DNA of 63,953 nt, filler included, from Hausera hauseri (Eukaryota), in assembly GCA_046269625.1 (NCBI GenBank). It is 12 parts of 12 records of this genome, joined end to end, with 100 filler letters (N's around TTAATTAATTAA, not from the genome) between each part and the next. Parts side by side here need not be neighbours in the genome. Positions count along the whole stretch, not along the records: positions 1 to 7,680 come from JBJURY010000459.1; positions 7,781 to 11,728 come from JBJURY010865630.1; positions 11,829 to 15,925 come from JBJURY010764873.1; 9 more parts are not named here. One strand, written 5' to 3'. Shown here piece after piece: positions 1 through 12,029 of the stretch. Made by a program: the position numbers and the translations under genes. Under the pieces are notes generated by a model. It made no database searches, was not told where the DNA came from, and worked only from the letters and a program-made list of their open reading frames with translations. Numbering within the stretch: position 1 is the stretch's first letter; every line of letters starts with the position of its first letter.

Positions 1-640
1 AAAGAAAAGAGATGTATGCAGGAATTACCAGTCATCTATGAGATTATGCCGAGGCTAGCAATGCCACTTAGCAGGGTACTACTTGCAAACTCGACTGAGC
101 CAATAATACTGAAGGAATGCAAAATGAGTCTGGGTAAACCTATGTTTCGCCGTAGTGGAACAAACTAGATAAGTTTATTTAATGAAGGTGCTACTACAAC
201 CCATAGTAAGCTAACTGGAACAAATCTAATCAAGGGATTATCGGAAGAGAAGTTCGAAGATACGGCCAATAAAGTAATTTATAAACCAAAGGACATAGAA
301 GCCTTTACGCAATTCTTGGCCTTTCCACGACAACGAACTAATGAGCTGAATTGGGCCATGTCAATGGTAATGAACGGCACCCGCTTCCAAGCAAAATGGG
401 AATTATTACTTGGCGCTAATCACTATCAAAGAGTAACTTCAGACATATTATATAAGATTTGGGGAAGATTTCTGATTTTCGGACAAGCTGCATCCGGATT
501 CCTAGCCATCTACTTTTTAGTCCAGTTGGTCAAAGCAGTAATTCAAGCCGTCATTAACGTATATGAAATATTCACATTAACAGGTTTTTCCTGCAAAATT
601 TTGACTGAGTTTATTGCACCTTTTGAAAAAAATGCTTAAG
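1..640 (+). pseudogene. C-terminal part of a chuvirus-like / herpes gB-type envelope glycoprotein in an LTR retrotransposon
   Basis: Frame 1 from base 1 reads KRCMQELPVIY..MPLSRVLLANST..PMFRRSGTN*..IYKPKDIEAFTQFLAFP..KIWGRFLIFGQAASGFLAIYFLVQLVKAVIQAVINVYEIFTLTGFS. This follows the CYxELPV / PxTRIL / GIYTxxD / LWGxFxxFGxxSAG-TM pattern of chuviral glycoprotein C-termini. One TAG at 168-170 and a frameshift near 610. Confidence 0.7.
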
Positions 641-1848
641 GCCTACGAAGAAAATCGATGGAAAAATGACGTAGAGCGTCACGTCGGATACTATAATCGC
701 AAAAGACGAGGAAGGCCCTCGATTCTATACGGACGTAAAACTAAGAAAACAATAACACGAAGGGATGAATCAGATGATGACAAGCCTAAGGAAGGAGAAG
801 AAAGTTCCAGAAATAAGATGCGCAAGATGCACTCAGTGATTATCGCGCCATTACCCATCCTGCCACCAACAGCACCAATATATGAAGATTTCGACAGCAA
901 ATTGGTCGTATCATGTAAGTCCGAAATCTATCAAAAGCCCATTAATTATAAAGACCCTTATGAAAAAACAAAACAATATAGAGTACTACAAAAAATGAAT
1001 GTTATCAACCAAGGACCAACAGAAAACGACCACGAAATATTATACTCAAAAAGTGTAGAATCGAAATCAACGGTCTGGAAGAATCCGAAACTGCGTTCGA
1101 TCTCTGGTTCACTACCTCAGGAACCGCTCACTGACAGTCACACCAATGAGATGGAAAATAATAATTTATACCTCAGCGGAGAATTAAGATAACTAAGAGA
1201 AAATATCATTTCATCACCAGAAATAACGGTAAATGGACACAGGGTTTCTACGATAAAACAATCAAAAATAACGTCGAATTGCTTCGGAACAGTAGTAGAA
1301 GGAAGACCTTTCGTTAAAATATACATCGAAGATTGGAAAATCTACGCCTTAGTCAGAACGAGATCAGAAAAGTCGTTTATAAAATATGAATCAATACCAA
1401 CCACACTACGGGAACAATTGTGCCCACCGATATCATCGGATCCTGGTAGCATAGGAGCATTTTGGCAAATATCGAAGCCAAAATTTGAGTGGAATCCTAC
1501 CGTTTATATGATGGGCCAAGCACTTCAACATGAGTTTGCGATAATGGACCAGTTAACAGACGATGTAGTACTAGGTTGCGATATATTGAAACAGATACCA
1601 GGCATAGCAATCGATGTGCATAACGGAAAACTAATTGAGCTCGAACCAATAAGAGGGACAAAAGTAATAAAGGAAAGAAAATCGGGCGAAGTATGGATTT
1701 TAATAGACGAAGACATTCCACCCAGAACTGAAATGATAATTTTTGCACAGATTCGTCAAGACGAAGATCTACCGGTATATTTTGAACCTCAAAAAAATAT
1801 CGATCCAAACCTCATGCTTACAAGGGAACTTACCCCGCTGGTAGTGGG
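614..1848 (+). mobile_element. Ty3/Gypsy polyprotein fragment: basic/low-complexity linker followed by a degenerate aspartic protease
   Basis: One frame from 614 to 1888 with a single stop at 1190-1192. Protease motifs RPFVKIYIEDWKIYALVRTRSEKSFI (degenerate ALxDTGS) and DVVLGCDIL, followed by IPPRTE. Cut off at ~1849 by host sequence. Confidence 0.7.
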
Positions 1849-2082
1849 GTTTTTAGTTGCCATCTATTCAGTAATATACTATTTTTGATGCTGGTTGTGA
1901 ATATGAAAAATTTTTTTGCAATGGCGCCATGATTGTTTTGAAAAAATTAAATTTCATTTTTAAAAAAAGTAACGGATTCATCAGAAATTAAATATTTTTT
2001 TAATAATGTTAAAAACTAATTTGTTTAAATATTTAATTTGTTTATGATACAATTTGATTTTTTTGTTTACATTTCTCTGTTG

Positions 2083-3475
2083 CAAGGTGACCGATTGAAG
2101 ATATAAGAATCATTCGTGGAGAAAGTTGATGGTATTCAGCACGTCATCAGTAGAAATAAAATGAAATGTGCATTTTTCGGCAGGTTGGTGAAATGTTACG
2201 ATGGAAGTAGTTTATTTTAGTTGCTTAGAACATCGAATGGAAAAGCACTGTCTTTAACGCTTTGCTAGTTGCAAATATTTTACCTTCAGGCTTGTGTCAT
2301 ACGACAAGTTGTTTTCTAGACATTCAAGGAACGAACGAGAATCAGGGATTTGTGATAATATCGACACCACAGAATGGCAATGACAAGAAGGAATTGGTAA
2401 GTTGTTTTGAATTAATGTCGTGACAAAATTCATTCATCAAATAGCCAAAACAAGTCGATTCCGTTAAAGAAGTAGCACGTGACGTTTGTCAGAATAAATT
2501 GCCTGTTGATGCATTGATCAAAATTTACTGGCAAAGCAATATGTGCTCATTATTATCAGAGGATGTTGTTTTTATCGATAGTTCCGGCATTGATGTTGAT
2601 CCAGACATCGACAAATGGATTGATTTGTATTGTTTGGAAGTTGACGTCTTTGTGTTGGTGGCAATAGTGAGACAACACTCAATACTACTGTATAGTCATG
2701 TTTATTCTCATTATTTATTTCGATTTGTTTAGAAGAATGTTCTTTCATAAAGTTTGAGAAAAGTTATCCAAACCGAATGTTTTTATACTCAACAATCGAT
2801 GGGATGCCAGTGCAGAGAAAATAGAGTACGTTAAAGAAGCATGACAGCAACATTTCGAACGATGTATTAATTCTCTGTCAAAAGAGTTGAAAGTCTGTTC
2901 GAAATCAGAATCAGAAAGTCGTGTTTATTTCGTATCGGCAAGCGAGGCATTGAGTAATCGGCAACGATCGTCTGGCGGTGATAATTTGAATTCGAGTTTG
3001 CCGAGTCTGCGTGAAGGCTGGCAAATTAGGTATTTTAAATTTACGGACTTTGAGAAACATCTGGAGAAGGCCTTATCGGAATCAGCAACGAAAACAAAAT
3101 TTGCAGCGCATTCGGTGCAGGGTCAAGACATCATTCTGGAGGTACGCACAACAATTGAAGTGTTGTATGAACGAAGTTAGGAACAAAAGTATTTTCAATA
3201 ATTTGTTACTGTTATTTTTTTGCAGAAATGCCGCCGTGTCATTAACTCATAATTTGCGATCGATCAAAGAATCAATGACAGACATTATGAGATTATCAGA
3301 AAAGGTTGCGGAGAAAGTTGCTCAAGTTCTGAAAGAAGAATTGCATCGAATTGGAGATTTGATTAATCGGTTTGAATCGGCCTTTTTATGATGAGAAAGA
3401 ATTGATTGTGAAATAGAAAAGAGAATTGAGTCAACATGTTGAACGTCAGCTGAGTCGTCCTTTCAAATGTTCAGT
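2083..3475 (+). pseudogene. MFN: Mitofusin (fzo/Marf/MFN) GTPase pseudogene, copy 1, with short introns
   Basis: MKCAFFG/RTSNGK P-loop, [47 protein letters not shown]. Several stops and frameshifts; ~45-nt GT..AG introns. Confidence 0.85.
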
Positions 3476-4621
3476 AAAAATGCATTTCTGTATCAGTATG
3501 AAAAATATGGATTGACGAAAAATGTATTTTCTGGATTTTTTTGCCAATTGTGAACAGATTTGACATAATTCTATGTCTCTGCAATAAAACGGTTTCTTTT
3601 TTACTGTAAATGTCTGTCATTTTTATAAAAAATTTTTATTTGATTAAAAATTAAATAAAATTATTTTATCATATCAGACAAAAATTTTGTCGACTGTTAA
3701 AAGGGAATTATTAAAAATCAGATGTCTCATTTATGGATTTTTTACATTTTGAATTTATTGAAATTTTGTTTATTTTCGAACATTCTAGAACACTTTGTTT
3801 TAATGCACCAAATAATTTTAATACACTTAGGCGTCAAATTTAAAAGGATTTTGCACATGGGGAATCGAATGGCATCATTAGATTCTTCGAATAATGCAAG
3901 TTTCACTGAGTTTTTGAGTTTGAATAGCTAATTATTGTATTCGGATACTTGTATGGTGTACCTTCTGATATCTGACTCACACAGAAGGTACACAAAGTCG
4001 TAGCATCCTACATGTTGCTAAATAATTCAGTATAGATTAGGGTTTGACGTCAGCAGTCCCAAAACTATCTCGAAAGTTCAAAACTTCACAGATATCATAA
4101 ATATATTTATCCAAATTCAATACAGATGTTAGTTGAATTGTAAGGTGGAAAATGATCAGATTCATCCATAAATAGTTCCTTGATTGATTTTTCAGAAATT
4201 CTTCAATGTAGCAAAAACTAATTCACACTCTGCTACATTAAATAAGATAAAATAAATATAATTATTTATTACGAATTCACCCCATGATTGATAAACAGAA
4301 TAAAAATCTGTCTTCATTATTTTTTCTTGAAATAGCAGCATTTTTAAAGTTCAGTTGATTCAAATTGTACTAATTGCATTGATGCTATTTTGATATTTTT
4401 AGTTGCCACCTATTCAGGAATATACTATTTTTGATGCTGATTGTGAATATGAAAAGTTTTTGCAATGGCGCCATGATTGTTTTGAAAAAATTAAATTTCA
4501 TTTTTAAAAAAAAGTAACGGATTCATGAGAAATTAAATATTTTTTTAATAATGTTAGAAACTAATTTGTTTAAATATTTAATTTGTTCATGCTACAATTT
4601 GATTTTTTCCTTACATTTCAG

Positions 4622-5603
4622 TTGCAAGGTGACCAGTTGAAGATATTACAATCATTCGTGGAAAAAGTTGATGGTATTCAGCACGTCATCACTAGAAATC
4701 AAATGAAATGTGCATTTTTCGGCAGGTTGATGAAATGTTACGATGGAAGTAGTTTATTTTAGTTGCTTAGAACATCGAATGGAAAAAGTACTGTCGTTAA
4801 CGCTTTGCTAGGTGCAAAAATTTTACCTTCAGGCTTGTGTCATACGACAAGTTGTTTTCTAGAAATTCAAGGAACGAACGAGAATCAGGAATTTATGATA
4901 ATATCGACACCACAGAATGGCAATGGTAACAAGGAATTGGTAAGTTGTTTTGAATTAATGTCGTGACAAAATTCATTCATCAAATAGCCAAAACCAGTCG
5001 ATTCCGTTAAAGAACTAGCACGGGACGTTTGTCAGAATAAATAGCCTGTTGATGCATTGATCAAAATTTACTGGCCAAACAATATGTGCTCATTATTATC
5101 AGAGGATGCTGTTTTTCTCGTTAGTCCCGGCATTGATGTTGATCCAGACATCGACAAATAAATTGATTTGTATTGTTTTGATGGTGAAGTGTTTGTGTTG
5201 CTGGCCAATAGTGAGTCAACACTCAATACTGCTGTATAGTTATGTTTATTCTCATTATTTATTTCGATTTGTCTAGGAGAAAATGTCTTTCATAAAGTTC
5301 GAGAAAAGTTATCCAAACCGAATGTTTTCATACTCAACAATCGATGGGATGCCAGTGCAGAGGAAGTAGAGTATGTTAAAGAAGCACGACAGCAACATCT
5401 CGAACGATGTGTTAATTTTCTGTCAAAAGAGCTGAAAGTGTGTTCGAAATCAGAATTAGAATGTCGAGTTTATTTCGTATCGGCAAGCGAGGCATTGAGT
5501 AATCGGCAACGATCGTCTGGCGGTGACAATTTGAATTCGAGTTTGCCGAGTCTGCGTGAAGTCTGGCAAAGTAGGTATTGTGAATTTACGGACTTTGAAC
5601 ATA
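4622..5603 (+). pseudogene. MFN: Mitofusin pseudogene, copy 2 (tandem duplicate, 3' truncated)
   Basis: [60 protein letters not shown]. In-frame TAG near 5042 and TAA near 5159. Similarity to copy 1 stops at ~5600. Confidence 0.85.
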
Positions 5604-5943
5604 TTCTAACATCTCTTGTAAACCAAATATGGTGTCCGACTCTGAAATTTAATTTGTATAAAAATTCAGTCATTTTCAATTCAAAAATAGAGGGAAACTG
5701 AATAAATACCAATATTTTAAATTTGAAATATGCGTTTCGACTACACTTATGTGATAATATTATGGCTGTGATTATTAAATATACAGTCAGAAATTATATA
5801 TTGCCTGTATTTTATTGTTATTCTTTGGTAATAAAATTATCGGATTCAGCGTACTAAAGTGAGTAATTTTGTTTTGGAGTAAAATTGTTTTACTGATCCA
5901 CTAGAGCTTTTTCTCGGTGACGTTTTCAAGTGCAATCCAAGAA

Positions 5944-6518
5944 ATGCAATTTCTGTATAATAGTCTATTTTCAGTATTGCAATGCCCATATTTGAAAATT
6001 AAACGACCAATGGTTCAAAAAGCCATCTGCAATGGTCGTTTATGCGTTTGTACTTTTATCATATTTTCTTGTAACAGGCGGTAAATTTTATTTATGATTT
6101 GCAACAATTTCCAATCTCTTTAAAGGTGTAATTTACGACATCATCAACGAACCTCCAAGTATCGGATCACATACCGATGAACGGGGAAATTCGAAACCAG
6201 TGTGTTCTGAAAATTTCATGATTTGATTAATAAATTTAGGTAGCATTTATGACTCAACGTGTCAACGGACAATATATTATGGAAGGATTAGCAGCTAGTT
6301 TTATGTTTACAATTGGTGCTGTTGGGTTTATTATTCTTGACCAAACGAATAAGTTATCCCTTCCAAAATTGAATCGAATATTACTATTGGTTTTTGGATT
6401 TTTCTGTATTTTAGTTTCATACTTTTGCTGTCGGCTTTTCATGCATGTCAAATTACCGTAAGTTTATTTCAGCTTTCAATGGTAATTTTAATGATTTTGC
6501 AGGGGCTACATGAGTTAA
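5944..6518 (+). CDS. OSTC: Oligosaccharyltransferase subunit OSTC/DC2; 4 exons (5944-6080, 6126-6199, 6240-6457, 6503-6518); apparent frameshift at ~6010
   Basis: [94 protein letters not shown] introns of 45, 40 and 45 nt. Confidence 0.9.
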
Positions 6519-7680
6519 ACGAAATTCGGCACGGTCGATGTTTCTTTTAGTGTAATTGTTTCTACAAAATAAATTTTGTTGCTTTGAAATGGTATTAATG
6601 TTGATTGAAAAAATAATGGTGACCAGAACAGTGCCTGTTAATTAACAATGTTATTCAATTAGCACATATTATGTTTGTATTTCTGTTAGATTTGTGATTC
6701 TCTCATGCTGTCAAAATTTCGATCTCAAAGCAAATATATTTACAAATCTAAATCGTTTATTTGTTTGGTAATTGTTAAACGTATTTTAGATTAGTAGTGT
6801 TGTTTAATGCTTTTTGTATTTTTCACAGTACCTTCAACATGCTTTCTTTACCCTTTGTGATATTCTCTTCAATATTTTGTACAATGTTAAATTGTTTGTT
6901 ATTGTATAATATTGAAAACTGCAGTGTCTATAACGTGGTACTTCTGTATATTTGTCATTTATATTCTATTCCAATAATATGTTCCGTACAACCACATCTT
7001 GCGATCGTTGACATGGATGCACAAATTTTCTTATCCACTATCCGCAAACCAATCGTATACTATAACTTGCATGTTTTGTATCTAATCATTGCCTTTAAAG
7101 GTTTGTTGTTTGAATTTGTATGTCTTCGCTCTTCGATTAGTTCTAGTCCTTTTAACAGAAAGAAAGTTTGTACGTGATCGACAAAACACCATAAACGAGA
7201 CATTGGCTTGAACCAATCAGCCAAAATTGATAAATACGTTTATTGATGAGAGATAGTGTAAAAGGGCCGATATAATATCACAGTACAGAAGTTCCAAACA
7301 ACCCAATATGTCGAATTTCAGCGACAAACCGAATAGTAGAAGCAAAATGGGGTGGCGTCTAAAATTGTTCCTAAATTTTCTTTTGCACATTTAATGATGG
7401 GGGATAGTGTAGAAGTACCGATATGGTACATCACATTGCAAGAGTTCCAAACCAACACAATATTACATCGAATTTCACGAACAAAGCGAATAGTAGAAAC
7501 AAAATGAGTAGTATTTGATTGTGAATTGAACTTTTATATGAAGGAAATATTATAAATAGATTATGAACACGAGAATATTATTAATCATCATTATATTTTG
7601 CATATCTCTCTGATTATTTGTTATAAAAATGACCCATATTTACAGTAAAATCCCTCATTTATGGTACTTGTACAATATTC

Positions 7681-7780
7681 NNNNNNNNNNNNNNNNNNNN
7701 NNNNNNNNNNNNNNNNNNNNNNNNTTAATTAATTAANNNNNNNNNNNNNNNNNNNNNNNNNNNNNNNNNNNNNNNNNNNN
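7681..7780. other. Artificial contig spacer N44-TTAATTAATTAA-N44; identical spacers at 11729-11828, 15926-16025, 20642-20741, 29355-29454, 34529-34628, 38651-38750, 43202-43301, 48042-48141, 52599-52698 and 59856-59955
   Basis: Eleven identical 100-bp blocks. The 12-mer gives stop codons in all six frames. Confidence 0.98.
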
Positions 7781-7975
7781 TAATTCAAAAAACGTTGCTG
7801 CAAAATAATTACAAATCAATATTATTTGAAACCACAAACAATTATAAAAAGAATTCATCCTTCGCAACGATTTACAATGTGAAAAATTAACTCTTTCATT
7901 CTATTTATAAACTCTTAAAAATTTGTCTCTCAGATAAATATTCTTTCTGATTAGAAAATACGTCATAAAAATATA

Positions 7976-9860
7976 TAAGGGTGGGTCGAATTTTACAGCA
8001 TATCTGTACATTCCAAAATGGTTGCTCCCTGATAAAAATAAATGAAAAATGGTAAAAGAAATCGTATTTAAAAAGCATTTATCAGTCCCAACCTGCACTG
8101 GTTTGCATGCGTGTTGCACTATTCTTATAGTTGCGCACTACTGGTTGAAAATAATGTTTTTTTTTCATTTCAGACATTTAAAATGATTTTATATCTTCAC
8201 TATGGCAAGTAAGAAACAAATTTCTACGAGAGGAGTGACATGCCATTCAATTTTTGGTCAACCAAGTAAAGTTTTGGACATTCAGCTCCCGACAGCTAAA
8301 GACGTATTGAAGAAATATTTATTTTACCGTGGGAAATCTGATTCAGCTGCATCAGACACAAGTGACACTGTGAAAATAATTTCTGATGATGTTCTTCATG
8401 TGTGGAATAAAGCAAGTCTTCCTACAATTGACTATAATAACATTATAATCAGCTTGAAGAGATAAATAAAGGACAAGAATTACAAAAATATCCAGATGAG
8501 AAACGAACATCGTCAAAATTTCAAACTGAACTGGATTCTTTCAAGTTCTTTGACATATGTCCATGCAAATGTGTGGAGAAAGGAATAACATCGAAAAGTG
8601 GCTGCTCGTGTGAAACGAAACTTCCACTGAACGAATGGAATTTCTGGACAGATCAGAAGTTCAAGGGTGAAATGTATATTAACAAAATTGACCGAAAAGA
8701 AACCATCAAACTATATAAAGAAGGAGTAGAGTTGAAAGGTTTGAATTGTACAAAAATGCACACTTCCATCCAGTTTATCTCATAACCCTGATAGAGGTAG
8801 TGAGACGGGTCAAGAAGAATTGACAGTTCCCAGATTCAATAGACATAAAGATATATCAGATAATTCAAGAGAATCCAGTGACCAATCAGATTCCAGTTAT
8901 AAAAATAAAGAGACACAGAACGGACATTCATATCCATAACATTCCAAAATAATGGACTGGACTGGAATGAGCAACCGTGCAACTTGTCACATTGTCAATG
9001 ATTGTTTAAAAAACTTACATTTAAATTCTCCAGAAAGTATTTTTGATGCTGTTAAGCTTCGTGGACAGAGGATTTACGGGAGACAAAAAGAAGCTACATC
9101 TCACTTTTCAAGAATTCGACAGTTGCAATGTATAATATTTGATGTACGGATTGATAAAACTCGGTTAAATACCAAACTAGATGATGAAACGCAGAAGCAG
9201 AAGATGAAAAAAGAAGTCCATTATTTCCTGGTATCTTATTCTTGTGATATGTATATTGATCATGTTACACCACAGAATGCTAAATCACATAGTGTAGGCA
9301 ATGAAATCCTGTCAGTTCTGAAAGAAAGAGATTCTGAGAAATCTCTAATCTCTGTAGTGTCTGATAGCACTAATGTAAACACATGATTGCTAAATGGAAT
9401 CGTAAGACTGATAGAAGTGTCACTAAATAGACCAGTACAGTGGTTCACATGTTTGCTACATTTCAATGCGATTCCTTTTTCTGAATGTGTTCAAACATTT
9501 AGATTGTGAAACTACAGGTCCTGAATGTTTCAAGGGTAAATTGGCAAAGAATTAAGTTTTGATCTCAAATAGCTGTTCATGATCAATTTCAAGACAATAA
9601 ACTAAAATATAGTTGCACCATCAACAGACGTTGTCAGCCATTAAGCAAGAATGAAATGTACTTACTAAAGGCAAGATTATCATTTCAGCAAGGATCAGAA
9701 TTATCAAATCAAGATGACATGAAATTCGTGAAACATGCAGAACCTGGCGCTATGCATCATGCAAGATGGTTGACCCGAATTTATCGTAGTGGAAGTTGTA
9801 AATCAAGGTCTGTGACAAGATTAGTATTTACATGCCAACATATATTGGCATGTTGAATAA
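7976..9860 (+). mobile_element. Degenerate hAT-superfamily (hATm-like) DNA transposon, 3' truncated
   Basis: Fragmented transposase: LPTAKDVL, IFDVRIDKT (first D), SDSTNVNT (second D), RPVQWFTCLLHFN (CxxH), PGAMHHARWLT (RW). Possible left end TAAGGGTGGGTCG at ~7976. Confidence 0.7.
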
Positions 9861-9939
9861 TAATGATGTTTTCTCCATAGGGATAGCAATCGTATTTTCT
9901 CTGTGTATTGTGCTGCTATGAAAATTAGGTTTGGCTATC

Positions 9940-10722
9940 AGCTTTTTCGCTCTTTTCCACTCACAGACCAGTTTTATATTGATTATGTTCCTGATGTTTT
10001 CCATAGTTTTACCAAAAATGCTGTTGTTATATAGCTTGAATTAGTCCTTCGCAAAGTCGTTTTTAGCCTCGGCCCTCAATTGAGTGTTAAAATAAATGTA
10101 TGGTTGGCACCACTTGGACTCGCTGAATTGCAGGACCCGGTAGATCTTCGTGACGCAGAGCCCATTCTTCATTGCTTGCTGGAGATTAATGTATTGGGCT
10201 ACATATCTTTCCCTATTCTCCAGGTGGTAGAACGGCTTACTGTATTTTCCACTAGGCTGCTGCTTGCACTCAGGGAGGAAAGGCAGCTGTTCATCCCTCG
10301 TGTGGATGGAATGTGGATATTTAACATCCATCTCCAGTATTTAGCCCGTATTGCCATTGAGATCTACATCTTGTATTGCTAAGTCTTCCGGATGATCCAC
10401 CCATTTAAAGTTGTCATAAAGCAATGGGGTACTCATTGCCCACCAATGTAGGTTGTTGGCATTCAAGTATGTGAAATACGAGGGGGGCTTTGATTGGTCA
10501 TATTTGGCCATGTACTTGCTGTTGGCCTCAGTACATCTGTGAATCAGGATCATGTCATAATCCTTCAAAATCTCAGCCTAATACCGGTATATCGCAGCAT
10601 TGCTGCCCAACTCATCCGTGGAGCTTTGAAGAAATGAGCTGGATCCAGCCTGTGATTTGCAATTGTAACATCCCGGAAGGTTTCAAAGACATCCGTCAGC
10701 AGCAGGACATCGGTTTGTAGAT
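9940..10722 (-). pseudogene. Protein-primed DNA polymerase B fragment (Polinton/adintovirus-like)
   Basis: YLQTDVLLLTDVFETFR, LDPAHFF, YLNANNLHWWAMS (motif A), FAKD*FKLYNNSIFGKTMENIR (motif B). Confidence 0.85.
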
Positions 10723-11063
10723 ATATGATAATTCTTAAACCGAACAGAAAATTGTCTTTCAAATGAGATCTCTAATACGGTCGTTTATTACTTTGTTAGA
10801 TATCTTTGTCTTAAGCACAGCTAATGCAATTGATATGAGTTCCATCAAAGCATGATAATACAAAAGAAACAACTGACGAAAATTGATCACACAAACAAAG
10901 TCCGTTGTACAGTCTTTAATGCATTATTAGACATATTTTGTTATAAGTACAAGCTGAAGGCGACTTTGTGTGCCTACCTTTTCTGTTAAATGATGTTAAA
11001 GGCTGCTATGACCTGAACCATTTCTGTAGAAATACTAATGGAATTTATCAGTGATTGTACTGT

Positions 11064-11325
11064 AGTAGTTGGATGTGAGAACTTCGCACCAACCCCCCCC
11101 CCGGGAAGGAAGGAAGTTAATGGGAGGAGTACACGTCATCGGGGGAAGGAAAACTGGCGAATGAGACCAGGACACGTCATGGCGGGGTGAGGAAAACTGA
11201 CCAATCAGGGAGCACTGGTGGAAGGCAGCTGGTGCCAACTGGGTTTCACTATTCCCACCCCTATTAAACAAAGCATTATCTGTTGGTGCCAACTGTGTTT
11301 CACTATTCCCACCCTTATTTATAAA
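11064..11325 (+). repeat. Putative terminus (TIR) of a pPolB element
   Basis: Starts AGTAGTTGGATGTGAG. GC-rich, with CACGTCAT and CCAATCAG motifs and an internal ~35-bp duplication (11231-11266 / 11285-11320). Homologous to 53151-53400, with unrelated outer flanks. Confidence 0.65.
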
Positions 11326-11364
11326 AAAATGACAAGAAATAAATATTTATTAATATACAGGCAA

Positions 11365-11728
11365 TCAAATAGAATAATGTCCATATGCGATACTTAAGTT
11401 TTTATCAACCCAGTGTCGTTTGTCGTCGAAGGGATCCACTGCTTCCTTTTTTGAGGTGATGGTCATGAGCTGGTGGTTTTTACTGCCAATTCGCTCCTGA
11501 TGTACCGGTTTCATATGCCTGTAAGTAGTTACTGAATTGTAAGTCTGTTTGCTTGAGGTTGATGCTTTTGCACTTGAGCACTGGTTTGGATTGGGTTTTG
11601 AGGGCATATGATTTTGGACGTAAGAAAATGGCTTCTTGATACTGGACACTGCCCTTGCTCTCATCTTTGAATTTGCCAATGACAGAAGCGAAACGAGTAG
11701 AGTACAGCGGATCACTTTTATCATAGTT
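11365..11728 (-). pseudogene. C-terminus of a protein-primed DNA polymerase B
   Basis: IGKFKDESKG..IFLRPKSYAL, then a frameshift into HQLMTITSKKEAVDPFDDKRHW..AYGHYSI*. Confidence 0.85.
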
Positions 11729-12029
11729 NNNNNNNNNNNNNNNNNNNNNNNNNNNNNNNNNNNNNNNNNNNNTTAATTAATTAANNNNNNNNNNNNNNNN
11801 NNNNNNNNNNNNNNNNNNNNNNNNNNNNGCATATAAAAAGTGTTTAGCGTTATGTCAAAGTTATATTGTTACTATATAAATTTGTTATGAAATTAGTTGG
11901 TCTTATCATATATAGTAGTTACTTAGTTTTTACTTGGCCTTACCCTATATCCCACATTACTTGATCAAAAAGACAACACGATATTTCTATACAACATGTA
12001 TTGAACAAAGAATAACAATATGTTCATAA

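Noticed and set aside
7243-7510. Diverged ~110-bp direct repeat pair
   Set aside because: Only two degenerate copies with no termini or coding signal; too little to interpret.
11035-11292. Similar small ORFs at 11035-11292 and 53127-53390 (PVFLPPMTC) as a conserved peptide
   Set aside because: The similarity follows from the shared non-coding terminal DNA motifs; the frames are not conserved throughout.
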